From contig OX597816.1 in assembly GCA_951406725.2 (NCBI GenBank), positions 77,066,001 to 77,130,000 of the forward strand: 64,000 nt of DNA. Direction: 5' to 3'. This DNA is from Octopus vulgaris (lineage: Eukaryota). The notes below the pieces were generated by a model that worked only from the letters and a program-made list of their open reading frames with translations, was not told the DNA's origin and made no database searches. Below are positions 52,587-64,000 of this stretch, one piece after another. Positions within the stretch are counted from its first letter, which is position 1. Every line of letters begins with the position of its first letter. Made by a program: the position numbers and the translations under genes.

Positions 52587-53194
52587 TGTGCGCACGCGAC
52601 GGGCTTCCACTCAGTTTCTGTCTACCAAATTCACTCACATGATATTGATCGATTCGTGGCTATAGCAAAAGACATTCTTTGAAGGTGGTTGCAAAGCAAA
52701 TTTCTTAACCATACAGCCGTGCCTTACCAACTTACCAACTAGTAAGCAGTGTGAATCTTTTACTTTCACTTTACCTCCCACCTGATCTTACTCAGAAAAT
52801 TATAAGATACTTAAGTATAGTTTTGTAAGTACTATTCTTTCATGTAGATCAAGTTTGATAAAGTCGTCGCAGGCTAGTTTGTCTTAGATACACGCCCTTA
52901 ATTCTAAGTCGTCGGTACTGTTCCAATATCTATATAATTTATGAGATTCTCCACGTTGATGTAGGAGTATCTAACTAGATAAATAAATAATATATGGATA
53001 TAATTTATTATCTAGTTTTTGAATGATATCTTTAAGGTCATCAGGAGGGAAACGTGATATTTCTTAGGATTCTAAATCATTTGTTGGTTCCAATCAATGT
53101 GTAATACGAATATAAGTGCGTATATTTAAAATGGTAGATACTACTTTTACTAGAAGCTGCACACGCGTGCACACACACACATACATAAACGTAT

Positions 53195-53269
<75 letters not shown>

Positions 53270-53409
53270 TGGATGGGTGTATATACATGTATACACACGC
53301 ACACACGGAGACACACATATCTATCTATTAATCTATGTAAACACACACATACATACATACATACATACATACATACATACATACATACATACATACATAC
53401 ATACATACA

Positions 53410-53440
<31 letters not shown>

Positions 53441-54040
53441 GAACTAACTGTTACTTTCTCAGATGCAGCACAGAATTTTGTCAGTGAACAGGTCGCGATT
53501 TCAAAGCGACGAAAATATTTTAACAAATTAAATTTAAATGTTGAAGTGAATCCAACGGTTTTCGTGTGTTTTTAAATGGCTTATAAACTCCTTCCACGTT
53601 GCAATTGTTTTTGTTTCAGCACACGATCTCAGATCAAGTCACTTGCTATGCAAGTACAACATCCGCAAGGCGTATTTTCTTGCTTTTTCTTCTTTTTTTT
53701 CAATACTTTAACGACTCTACCAATCTGCGGTATTGAGTTTTTTCTTTTTACAGAAATAACAACAACAATGAAAGAAATGTCATTTTATTTTGTGTTAAAA
53801 TACATTTTATTACTATTTGTTCTCTTTAAAGAATTCTAGTTATTTTCTATGTTACTATAAAGTTATTAATGTTAAAGCGACCTTGTGGTTTTCATAGTTG
53901 GTATGGTAACAGTAGTGTTGATTTCTTGTCAAAGAAAAGAAAATAGAGTTTCTATTTAGAATATGAGAAAACGTGAAATTTATTAGTCACGGCCTAACTA
54001 TACATAATGGGGTTTTTCTGGATATTCAGCTAACTGCATT

Positions 54041-54230
54041 CCGTATTTTCCAGCATATAGTGTAAACATGTAGTGTAAATATTCAAACATCGTCACTATC
54101 TTTCCAAATTCTGATGCATTTCACATGAAATTTTTGATCCTCCAAAGTCGTCTTAGTATATAAGTCAACCTATCTTTTGGGGCTGTAAACTTTTCCCTAA
54201 AAAATTCGACTTGTATGCCAAAAAATACAG
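54041..54230. mobile_element. Tc1/pogo-like MITE in the presumptive 3' UTR of the secreted-protein gene
   Basis: ccgtattttccagcatatag ... cttgtatgccaaaaaatacag|ta; a related end occurs at about 43558-43582. Confidence 0.55.
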
Positions 54231-54279
54231 TATTTCAAACTACAAAACATGAATGGTATTGAGAATACTAGAATCTTGC

Positions 54280-54882
54280 TTAAGTACCAGCCCTTCCTTC
54301 CGGTGCTCCGTCACGACTTTTTGGTGTAAGGGGTTTTATAGTTGAAGTGAGGGCTGTTGCAGGAATACTTTTATGAAGCCAATAGACAAACATCCCTTGG
54401 ATTATTGTAACATATACAGGGCGAAATTTCTGCGGATAATACTTCGTCGAATACATGTTCCTCAGTGTATTTTCAGAAACTCTCAGTAAATCCTTGAACT
54501 TTAGCACAATATCGAAATCCGAAAGCACTCTAGGACAAATTAAAAAATAATCTTCGTTTTTCGTGTTACCAAAGTATTTAAGAAGTGATCTCATTCGTAG
54601 TGGAAATTGACGAAGAGAGACAATATTCTTCATTGGTGAAATTTCGCATTCCCAGTATGCTAATTTGAATCTCGACTCGTCACTTTCATCGGATGAGCCT
54701 ATGGAGGATTCTAGTGATCCCTCTGATGAACTGCTACCGAAGCGATATACATTCCTATTTGCATATCTACCAGTTAAGCGTGTCCTGACCTCTTCAGATG
54801 AATCAGCACCAACAATAGTTTGAACTGATAGAAAATATATCAATAACAACTCAAGCAACGGTACGAATTTGAATGACTTCAT
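54280..54882 (-). CDS. Uncharacterised putative secreted protein, 200 aa, Ser/acidic N-terminal region
   Basis: ATG in gccATG context. Signal-peptide-like MKSFKFVPLLELLLIYFLSVQTIVGA is followed by DSSEE..SSSSEGSLESSIGSSDESDES. The 603-nt open frame is non-repetitive. A strong acceptor (tatcttctcttatatttcAG, minus strand 55024-55023) lies upstream, and AATAAA lies on minus at 53984-53979. Confidence 0.65.
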   Translation of the reverse strand: MKSFKFVPLLELLLIYFLSVQTIVGADSSEEVRTRLTGRYANRNVYRFGSSSSEGSLESSIGSSDESDESRFKLAYWECEISPMKNIVSLRQFPLRMRSLLKYFGNTKNEDYFLICPRVLSDFDIVLKFKDLLRVSENTLRNMYSTKYYPQKFRPVYVTIIQGMFVYWLHKSIPATALTSTIKPLTPKSRDGAPEGRAGT

Positions 54883-56369
54883 GGCAACGGTTGAGAATCT
54901 CAATGCAAATCGGGAAAATAACTTGAACAACAAATGCTATTGAGTGAGATATCCCAAGGTTTAGGTTTGAAGGTGTTTGAAGAAGTGAGACAGAAAAGCA
55001 CTGCGAATTTTCTTTCTTCAAGCTGAAATATAAGAGAAGATAGTATCTTATTTTAATGTTACAGGTTTACAGTCAGTCGTCATGTTTAAACTTCAAACGA
55101 ATAATATCGAGTCAACAGAAACATTAAAGTGTTTACATTTGCCTCCCCACGTTTTTCTATTTCCGACAGATCAATTTCGATTTTCCTTCTTCCAATTTCA
55201 ATAAAATAGGTACCAGAAATGTACTAAGATTGGTTCGATCGACAATACCCGCCACCACCAACCCAGCACAACATGACCTTGTCTCGGACGAAGGGATCCA
55301 TAAGTTCCTAGTGATCTTTATTTATTCTTCATTGAGGTATGAGTTGATTAATACCACCATGACGATCTCACATTGTCAGACGTGAACTAAGTTTCCAGTT
55401 AGGGGAACTAAGCTAGTGAAAGTTACATATCTTTGCCAAGAATATAGTGTCTCAATGCAAACTGGTGACTCTTCGGTCGATAAGCCACATCTTGTCAATT
55501 CATCTGGCTGTAACTTTTAGAGTAGCACAAGCATTTATATTTTACTGCAACACATCCTCGCGCACGCAAATGCACACACAATCGCACACGGCCTCATATA
55601 CACACGCGCACACATCCAAACGACAAATAGGACACTGAGCCCGGGAAGACTAGTAATGTCTGGTATCAGCAGAAATAATAGTTTCTAATTTAGGCAGAAG
55701 GCGAGCAATTTTGATGGGAGGAGTCAGTTGATTACATTGAACCCAGTACTTTCTGATACTTAATTTTATTGATTCGGGAAAGATGAAAAGCAAGGTTGAC
55801 CTCAGCAGGTTTTGACCTCTGAACGAAAAGAGATGCAACAGAATATAGCTAGGAATTTAGCTATGGCTTTTTATCAATTCTGCCAATCCATTCCAGTATG
55901 TTAGCAGAAATACAGCATCTTGTATGCTGTCGATTCTGTCGAGCCCAGTACTTGTAGCTTGCTACTTATTTGATTAACTTTGATAGAAGTAACGTCAAAG
56001 ACAACAGATTAAATAAAATATCTTTTTACAAAATAAAGTAAATAAAATATTTTACGAATTTTGTTTTCTTCCACGATTATGCACATTTACTCTTACAATA
56101 ACTAAACATCATTGCTAATAATAATATAAAACAATAAATCAATGAAGTTAATGACTCAGACTGTAACCACCATAACACAAAAAAATAGTTAAGTTTGAGT
56201 CAATGTATTTAATGTCATAAACAAATAAAAATCTAATTAGAAACATTTATGTAATGGGGAAAACACATTAGCTTTATGGCTAACATTATTTTAACTGTTT
56301 CATGCACGACACACATTTATGAAAATTTCTTGTTTCATTTATTCTCGGCAAAAAACAGACTCTGAGTGG

Positions 56370-56700
56370 AGTGCCCTTCACCATATCCAGCCTGCTTGTA
56401 AATGGCATAAGTACCAAAACATATAGTAAACATGAGAAAAAGCAATCCTGATGAACGGAGCCTGTGATTCGAAACGGTTCCGATGGTGACCATGTAATGT
56501 GTCCACCAAAGAGATGGTTTTGAGCACTGTAATGATTCAAGTTCAATGATGAAAGTGAAACTGGCTGTCCTTAAAGTGGTTTCCTCATTGAATAATGGCT
56601 GATTCTATTTTATGTTATATCTAAAGCGATCAGAGACCCACCAAAGCTGGATCTAACCTCACTCTTTCTATTATATACCACACAATATAAAGGTTATAAT
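56370..56700 (-). mobile_element. Old Tx1-like RT fragment
   Basis: SEPFRITGSVHQDCFFSCLLYVLVLMP resembles SKPFRIKQSVRQGCPLSPILYVMALEP of the 28770 element. Confidence 0.7.
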
Positions 56701-56705
56701 GGATA

Positions 56706-57380
56706 TAAGGTGCATTCCAGAAGGTTTGAAATTTTTTAGGAGAGACTCTGTCCTGGACTATTGTAATTTTACTATATCATTACTACACATCTAATAAGCT
56801 GGCCTGCCAACTTTTATTCTAGATTGAAGGAGTCGGTTGTAATAACACTTTAAAAACACCCTACAAAACACAGCTTGCCACAACTGACAAACTCACAGAA
56901 TGCAGTCGGAGCAAGAAGACTCTTTGGAACCTCGCTATGCAATTAAGTTTTGTGTTCAACTGGACAAAACCACTACAGAAACTTATGAAATACTACAGAC
57001 TGCTTATAGATTAACTTGTATGAGACGAGCATCCGTTTTTGTTTTCGCTGACATAAGAGGTTCACGGACGGTAGAGAGATGACAGATGATGAGAGCTGTG
57101 GGAGGGAGAACGACGTCAGGACATCAGAGATGGTTGAGAACAGTCGCTAGTTTCTGGATGAAGACCGTCGTGTGTCTATAAAGACAATAAACATGCAGTT
57201 TGGAGTTGGTGTGGCAACTTTACAGAGACAGGATATCCAACTGAAGCATATTGACACCCTCAGACCTAAAGAAAGGCAAAGCAAGTCTACCGCGAAGCTC
57301 ATGATGATCCCTTTTTTCGACAGTAAGGGCAGCTTCTACAACCACTGAGTTCCCTATGGCCAGGCGGTCAACAGAGGTCA
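56706..57380 (+). mobile_element. Mariner transposase pseudogene fragment
   Basis: RYAIKFCVQLDKTTTETYEILQTAY (HTH), HKRFTDGRE..DDE..GR, LDEDRRVSI, KLMMIPFFDSKG; stops and an internal deletion. Confidence 0.85.
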
Positions 57381-57749
57381 ATTTAAGTAAAAAAAAAGTA
57401 GCAATCATAATAATAATGTTTTTCTTTTCTTCATAATTTAGGTACAAGTCTAACAATTTTGATATTATTGACCGTCGTAAATATTTTACAGTTTTCCTTT
57501 CTCTAAACAGCGTGACCGCCACAACCTCTAGATATAATATAAATAACCTTGATCTGCAAGTACATTTGAATAGTAACAGAGTATCTAACTGAAGACAGAA
57601 ATGCTCTTTTTTAATGTAAAAGATCTTATAACAGAAGAAATGAAAAAAAACATATACACAATGAAAATACAAGCAATGAGAATAAAATAGCAAAACTAAA
57701 ATAAGAATATTATATGTAAAAATATTGAGTGTATAAATCTCAAAAATAG

Positions 57750-59418
57750 ACGTAGTGCTTGCAAAACAATATCAAATTACAACTATATGGATTCCCAAGA
57801 AGATGAAGCCTCAAGATAATTATACTCCGAGATAATATAGATCAAAATGTTAAATCACAACTACACTGATTGAAATATGAACTAGAGTAAAGGTGAGAAA
57901 ATTTCTTAAAGTAAATATCTACGATAAACTAAAGGTTAAAGATCTTACGGTTCAATGAAAGACATTTCAATATATAATGCCTAGCGATGAAATGACAGCA
58001 GGAATAAAATAAGTACAAACTTGACTGTTGCAGGCTTATTGGAAACAGAGGTGGACAAAATACATCAAATACAAAATACATCAAATAAATACAGCCACAA
58101 TAATAACAAAGCCGAGTAGGGACATCCTTAAAGTTTCTGATATACGAAAGCTAACAACAGTATAGAAAAAGATTTTGAGAATAATGACCGCTCAGTTTTT
58201 AATAAAATCAACGAAAGAAAGAAAGAAAGAAAGAAAGAAAGAAAAGGAGAAGTAAACACTACAAAAAAGGAACCCGAAATCATAGAGTACCTAAAGCAAT
58301 GGATCTTCGCTAGGTCGCAAATAATTTATTGTTATGAAATGTGAAACAGTTCTTTAATCAAAACAAAAAGTCCGGTTCCACCCCTATAACGATGTCATAA
58401 ACAGAAATGAATTCAAGACCAACACCAAAAGAAGTGAAATATTTGGGTGTGGAGTATTATGAGCGTACGGATTATCACAGGAGAGAATGTTCAAAAACAG
58501 TGGTAAAAGAAACTATCATAAAATATTTACCAAATATTGAACTATCATAAAATATCTACTAAAAAATCTCATATCTAGTAAACAATAAAATAAAGCAAAG
58601 GAAAATAGCTACCAGACCTGCTCAAAACAAAGGTCTGTCCTTTGATATCGTAAAAACCAATAAATATGACAGGCACTGAGGTAACACACAATTATGAAGA
58701 TGATAGACTAACAACAACACAAACTATTAGGAAAATAAAAGAAGACTAGAAATGTCGTGAAAGGGCGTTTATAAGAAAAAAAACCCTACATGACAAATAC
58801 TTGGTAAGACTAAGCTAAACGGATCTAACTAAAGAAAAGATCTAATCTCTAAATAAGAAGCGTAAGACTCAAAAGTGATACCGAAGGGCGAGACACAAGA
58901 CCAAAAGAAAAACTACTACAGACATATTATGAAGCAGAACAGTAAACAGTAGATTATGTAGAGGCTATGAAGGAACATTCTGTGATTTGGTTTTGAATTG
59001 TCCTGTCTTAGCCAAAACGAATGGTGTAAATACAAGTAATAGAATTAGAGTTTTCATACACTGGAAACTTGGAAAATATATCAGCATTATGGAATATACT
59101 CAGAAACGAGACAAACACAAATCACAAACGCTATCAAGAAATTATTTGACCATTCACACAGACCGAGTGATAAAGTTGAATATGTAAGCTATTATTGTCA
59201 AAAACGCTCAGGAAAACAAGTTTCTCCAAATAAATGATTATATCAATTCCATCAGAGAGCAATATATTTCTAAAAGAAGAAAGAAAAGCACTATCCGTCT
59301 ATTAGCTGAAACAATCTCCATAACAACAGATACCTTGGGAATGACCGGGAAAAGCAGATAAATATATAACCAATACTCCAGAACTTATACAAAACATACA
59401 AAAATAGTATTGCAGATA
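57750..59418 (+). mobile_element. Highly decayed R4/Dong-like LINE
   Basis: LNCPVLAK..IHWKL..TIHTDRVIK and DTLGM..KIVLQ blocks parallel the 43992 element. The 5' boundary is uncertain, and a SINE cuts the element at 59419. Confidence 0.6.
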
Positions 59419-59803
59419 GGTAAGTAGCTTGCTTACCAACCACATGGTTCCGGGTTCAGTCCCACTGCGTGGCACCTTGGGCAGGTGTCTTCTACTGTAG
59501 CCTCGGGCCAACCAAAGCCTTGTGAGTGGATTTGGTAGACGGAAACTGAAAGAAGCCTGTCGTATATATGTATGTATATATATATATATGTGTGTGTGTG
59601 TTTGTGTGTCTGTGTTTGTCCACCTAGCATTGCTTGACAACCGATGCTGGTATGTTTACGTCCCCGTCACTTAGCGGTTTGGCAAAAGAGACCGATAGAA
59701 TAAGTACTGGGCTTACAAAGAATAAGTCCTGGGGTCGATTTGCTCGACTAAAGGCGGTGCTCCAGCATGGCCGCAGTCAAATGACTGAAACAAGTAAAAG
59801 AGT
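59419..59803 (+). mobile_element. SINE family 1, well-preserved copy lacking the first ~20 nt
   Basis: Colinear with 4588-4983. Confidence 0.88.
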
Positions 59804-60491
59804 ATATTATATGGAGTACTCCTATAGCACCACCACTTCGCTCAAGGATTCGTTTCGTAGAGTCTACACTGTTACAGACTTCAGAGTCAGTTTGTAGTTA
59901 CCTTCTTCCTTTCCACTAATCTCGAAGGATCTGAGCAGATCATATGTGCACCCTTTTCTCTTCAATTAACTTAAAACACAAAAACAAAACTAAACACTGC
60001 ACGTACCCAAATCACAAAGATCCCCACCACAACTCCCAGTTTTGCGGTAAAAGCATGCGATAACAATAAAATATTTGAAATAAGGGGTGGGTTTACTCAG
60101 GTTCAAGCCAATAATTACTGCTACTTTCTGCACCTACTACTTCCCCTCTTTGTGATCCCAAACTCATTAAGGATTCACACCCCTCCAACTCCTTCCCTCT
60201 TTATCTCAACATCCAACCTCCTCATTCCATATCGAGTAAAAAACGGTATGGACTTTTTGTTTTTGCTTTGGTGTCTCGCTCAGCTGTATACGAATATGAG
60301 GATTTGCATCCCCACCGAAAATCGTCTTTTTCCCAAACTTATAATGTAATACATGTCCTTGGTGTGGTAATTGTGCGCGGCTGATGAAGGCTATTGACAT
60401 ACATATTACATCAATTATGCATTGATATAAACTGTGTAAAAAGGCCAGAAACATATGTACCGCTAAATCCTTTGCATCCTGTTTAATTTTG

Positions 60492-60557
<66 letters not shown>

Positions 60558-60680
60558 AATTATTGTACTGTATTAATGTCTAATCTTAATGCTCTTGTGT
60601 AGTGTTTCAATAAAGTATATGATTCGGTATTATCTGATAGTTGATGAATGATTTAGATATATTTCTCCATTTTCTCATTT

Positions 60681-60744
<64 letters not shown>

Positions 60745-61512
60745 ACGGGCTTCCACTCACTTTCCGTCTTCCACATTCACTCATAAAGCAGTGGTCGGCC
60801 TGGTGCTTTAATTGAAGATACTCGTCCAAAGTGCTGCGTAGAGAGACAGAACCGGAAACCATGTGGCTCCTAAGCGGGTTGATGGAGTCGTTAGAGTGTC
60901 TGACTGAATCCGTTGTGGTATTCATTCTTGATTTCTTCGCACTGAGTTCATATCTAATCGAAGTCAATTTTGCCTTTAATCCTCCTGGATCCTCTTGGAA
61001 CCGATCATATCGCATCGGTGAAGACTCGCTGAACACCAGTTACAGTATCTATTTAACTATGGAGTATATGTTTGCGATATGTATGCGTGTGAGTGAGAGT
61101 GTGTCAGTAACCGTTTCCGACAGAGAGAGAAACAGAAATGTCTACCGCAGTACTTCACTGGTGATGTATTCATCGACCCCAGGAGGATGAAAGGCAAAGC
61201 TGATCGAGATGAAATATAGACTTAAGGTGCAGAAGACCTAAAGGATTATTATAACGCCTCCGGCAATCCACCCACCTGAAGTACATATGTATATGTGTGT
61301 GTTTGTGTATGTGTGCGTCTGCGTGGGTCAGTGTATGTGATTTTGTGTGCATATATGTGTGTGTTTGTTTGTGTGTGTGTGTGTGTGTGTGTATGCGCTT
61401 ACATTTCTGTGTATGTGTTTTGAGATATACATATATATGTGCATATATATGTGTGTGTGTGCGTGTGTGTAATCTTTAATATGTATATGTGTGCGTGTAT
61501 ATTAGATAGACC

Positions 61513-61606
<94 letters not shown>

Positions 61607-61964
61607 CACGCACGCACATATACATTTATGTATACGTATATATCAACAATTAAAAGCTAGGAAACTTGACTTGTTGACTTGGCAGTTAATTGTCATCCGG
61701 ATATTGAGTGGAAATGACATCAAGGGTGACAACTTTGCCCTCAATATCAAATATCTTGATGCGAGCCATGGCTTGTCGTAATTAAAGCCAGGAAATTAAT
61801 TAAACATTCTTTTCGTGGGATTTGCTCATTTACTACTGAGTGTCAATAGTTTATTAAAAACTGTAGAGATACATAAATACACACACGCATACAAACACAC
61901 ACACACACACACATATACATATATATATATATACATATATATATATACATACATATACATATAT

Positions 61965-62020
<56 letters not shown>

Positions 62021-62111
62021 GATGCCAAGGATGCAGAAGGATTTTTACTCCACCACCTACACCACCAAACGGTATACACAGGTGCTTATAATTATCAAGT
62101 ACTCACCCCGA

Positions 62112-62139
<28 letters not shown>

Positions 62140-62146
<7 letters not shown>

Positions 62147-62290
62147 TGAAATTTATAGAAAAACAAAAGACGAAGACAGGCGTATGAACAAGCAAGTGTA
62201 TTAGTTTGACGCTCGGGAAAAATGGAAAAGTCTTTTACGTTTCAAGCCTAGGCTTTTCAACAGAAAGGAATAAGGGAAAATAAACTGAGA
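62140..62290 (-). mobile_element. Probable Penelope terminal region with degenerate hammerhead-like core
   Basis: Minus strand CTGTTGA-aaagc-ctag-gctt-GAAACGTA, downstream of the GIY-YIG relic on the same strand. Confidence 0.5.
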
Positions 62291-62969
62291 GACAATGAAA
62301 CAAAACTTGACTGGAAAAAAAGAAGTTGAAAGAAAGGGAGATAATAATAAAACAATAGGAGTTGAATGAAAGGGAAGTAATAAAGTGCTAGTGATCCCAA
62401 CAACAGAAAGTGCGCATGCGTATGTGTGTCTGTGAGAATGATGTGTGTCAGTGTGTAAGTGTGTATGTGTGTGTGTGTGTGAACAGGGGCGAGTGAATCT
62501 GACGTGTATGAGTGTGTACGTGTGTGTGCGCGTGTGTGTTGTGTGTAGCAGTTGATGTGTACTTTTTCACGTGCTGTGTGCACATGTGTGTGTATGTGTG
62601 TGTATGTATGTATATGTGTGTGCCTGTGTCTGTGACCAAACTGTGTGCATGTGTATGTTGCATATATGTAGGCGAAAATTATCTTTGTCTACGTATGTTG
62701 CGTGTGTTAATGCGTGTTGCGTGTGTATGTATATATAGCCTATTTGTTATGTGCATGTTTTGGTGTGGGAGTGTGCATGATGGTGTGTGGTGTGTGTACT
62801 GAGTTAAACAGTGTGTGTAGCTGTTCATATAGTGGTATGTGTGGTGACGCTATTGAAGATTCTGCGTGGGTGTGTGGATGATGGTGTATGATGTGGGTGC
62901 TGAGTACCTATCAGTGCTAGTGTATGTGGAGTGGTGTTTGGTCGGTATCAAATGAAGAGAAGAGATGGG

Positions 62970-63361
62970 TTTGTGTCAGATGAAGAGAGGAGGTGATTTA
63001 AGTCCATGTGACGCAAAGGAACAGAGAGAAGAAAATTAATTGCTGTTCACAACGAAGGCAGGAGTCGGCAAGGTGATCTGCAAAGACAGTCCGAACACAG
63101 ACATGTAGTGAATGACCGGTAGGGCGGAAATGGCGCGAGACCGGGTGTCATTGCCGAGTACGATGTCTCGGAGGTGCTCCACGAACCTATCAGTCAAGCG
63201 GCGTCCCATTTGACCAATGTACAGGGACGGACAGAGACAGCAGGAGATGCAGTAAATGACGTTACTAGAATTGCAGGTAAAGGAGTCGGTGATGTGATAG
63301 GGACGATGATGGGTGCCTGTGAGGATGGTGGTGTTGGAGAGGTAGGGGCAGATATATGGTG
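62970..63361 (-). mobile_element. Penelope-like element GIY-YIG endonuclease relic
   Basis: FTCNSSNVIYCISCCLCPSLYIGQMGRRLTDRFVEHLRDI; interrupted upstream by a SINE. Confidence 0.85.
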
Positions 63362-64000
63362 GTGACCCCCTTCGGTCAGACACTGACCATGGGTTTGCAA
63401 CTAGAGAGTTACCCTCTGAGGCACAAGTCTGGGCAAGGTTGTTTTATGGAAGACCAGCAGTCGCCCATGCATACCGGCCTCCCCTCTCCACGTCACCGAT
63501 GTTGTCCAAGGGAAAGGCAAGGGCCGATACAGCTTGGTACCTGTGACGTCGCAACTCATTTCTACAGCTGAGTGAACTGGAGCAACGTGAAATAAAGTGT
63601 CTTGCTCAAGAACACAACGCGCAACCCCGTCCGGGATTCGAGCTCACAACCTCACGATCGTAAGCTCGACGCTCTAACCACTGAGCCACACATACAGAAT
63701 AACTACATATAATGTTCCAATCCCTCTGCCTCTACCTCTCTCTTCTCTCCCCACCTGACCGGTGTTCGACCTTTCTTTCTTGATTCGACTACCATCCATG
63801 CAACATCTATATTCCTCTTTGTGCCTGTCAATTCTTATGTCCCTGCCGCAAAGCTTTACTTCCACACACGCCAGCTTAATTTAATTCGTCCTTCGTCGAA
63901 AGACACCTATTGTTATGTCTTGTTATTTGTATTTGTATTTGTGCAACATTTCTCTGTTTTTTTCGTCCTTGTTTTCGTATGCATTTGCTGATTTCTTCCA

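Noticed and set aside
54883-54933. Upstream TTG start giving 217 aa
   Set aside because: Non-ATG start from the ORF finder; the ATG at 54882 has better context and exposes the signal peptide.
59820-60620. Possible LINE 3' end finishing in AATAAA
   Set aside because: No diagnostic motif could be read with confidence.

Overview
AT-rich, microsatellite- and transposon-dense eukaryotic DNA. It is most likely from an octopod cephalopod; this is inferred from the tRNA-headed SINE families and repeat landscape, not proven. There are no operons, rRNA genes or CRISPR arrays. Two host genes are supported. The first is a spliced FAM167-family gene on + (coding exons 33019-33489 and 46323-46583, 12.8-kb phase-0 GT-AG intron, 243 aa). 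The second is an orphan-looking 200-aa secreted Ser/acidic protein on - (54882-54280). The rest is mostly mobile DNA: a young 5'-truncated L1/Tx1-like LINE with an uninterrupted RT frame and 18-bp TSD, several decayed Tx1/L1 ORF1 and ORF2 relics, R4/Dong-like LINE ends in (TAA)n, a Gypsy pol/LTR relic, Penelope-like GIY-YIG and hammerhead remnants, Merlin and mariner relics with MITEs, and dozens of SINE copies. The most interesting signal is a SINE module-exchange system. One SINE family occurs as a tail-A monomer, a dimer carrying a Tx1-like LINE 3' end between about 120-bp duplicated bodies, and a tail-B monomer ending in that LINE 3' end, and a matching young LINE sits in the same window. 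Other SINE heads also swap tails. Inverted SINE pairs lie near both ends of the FAM167 intron. Coordinates were counted by eye, so repeat boundaries are approximate.
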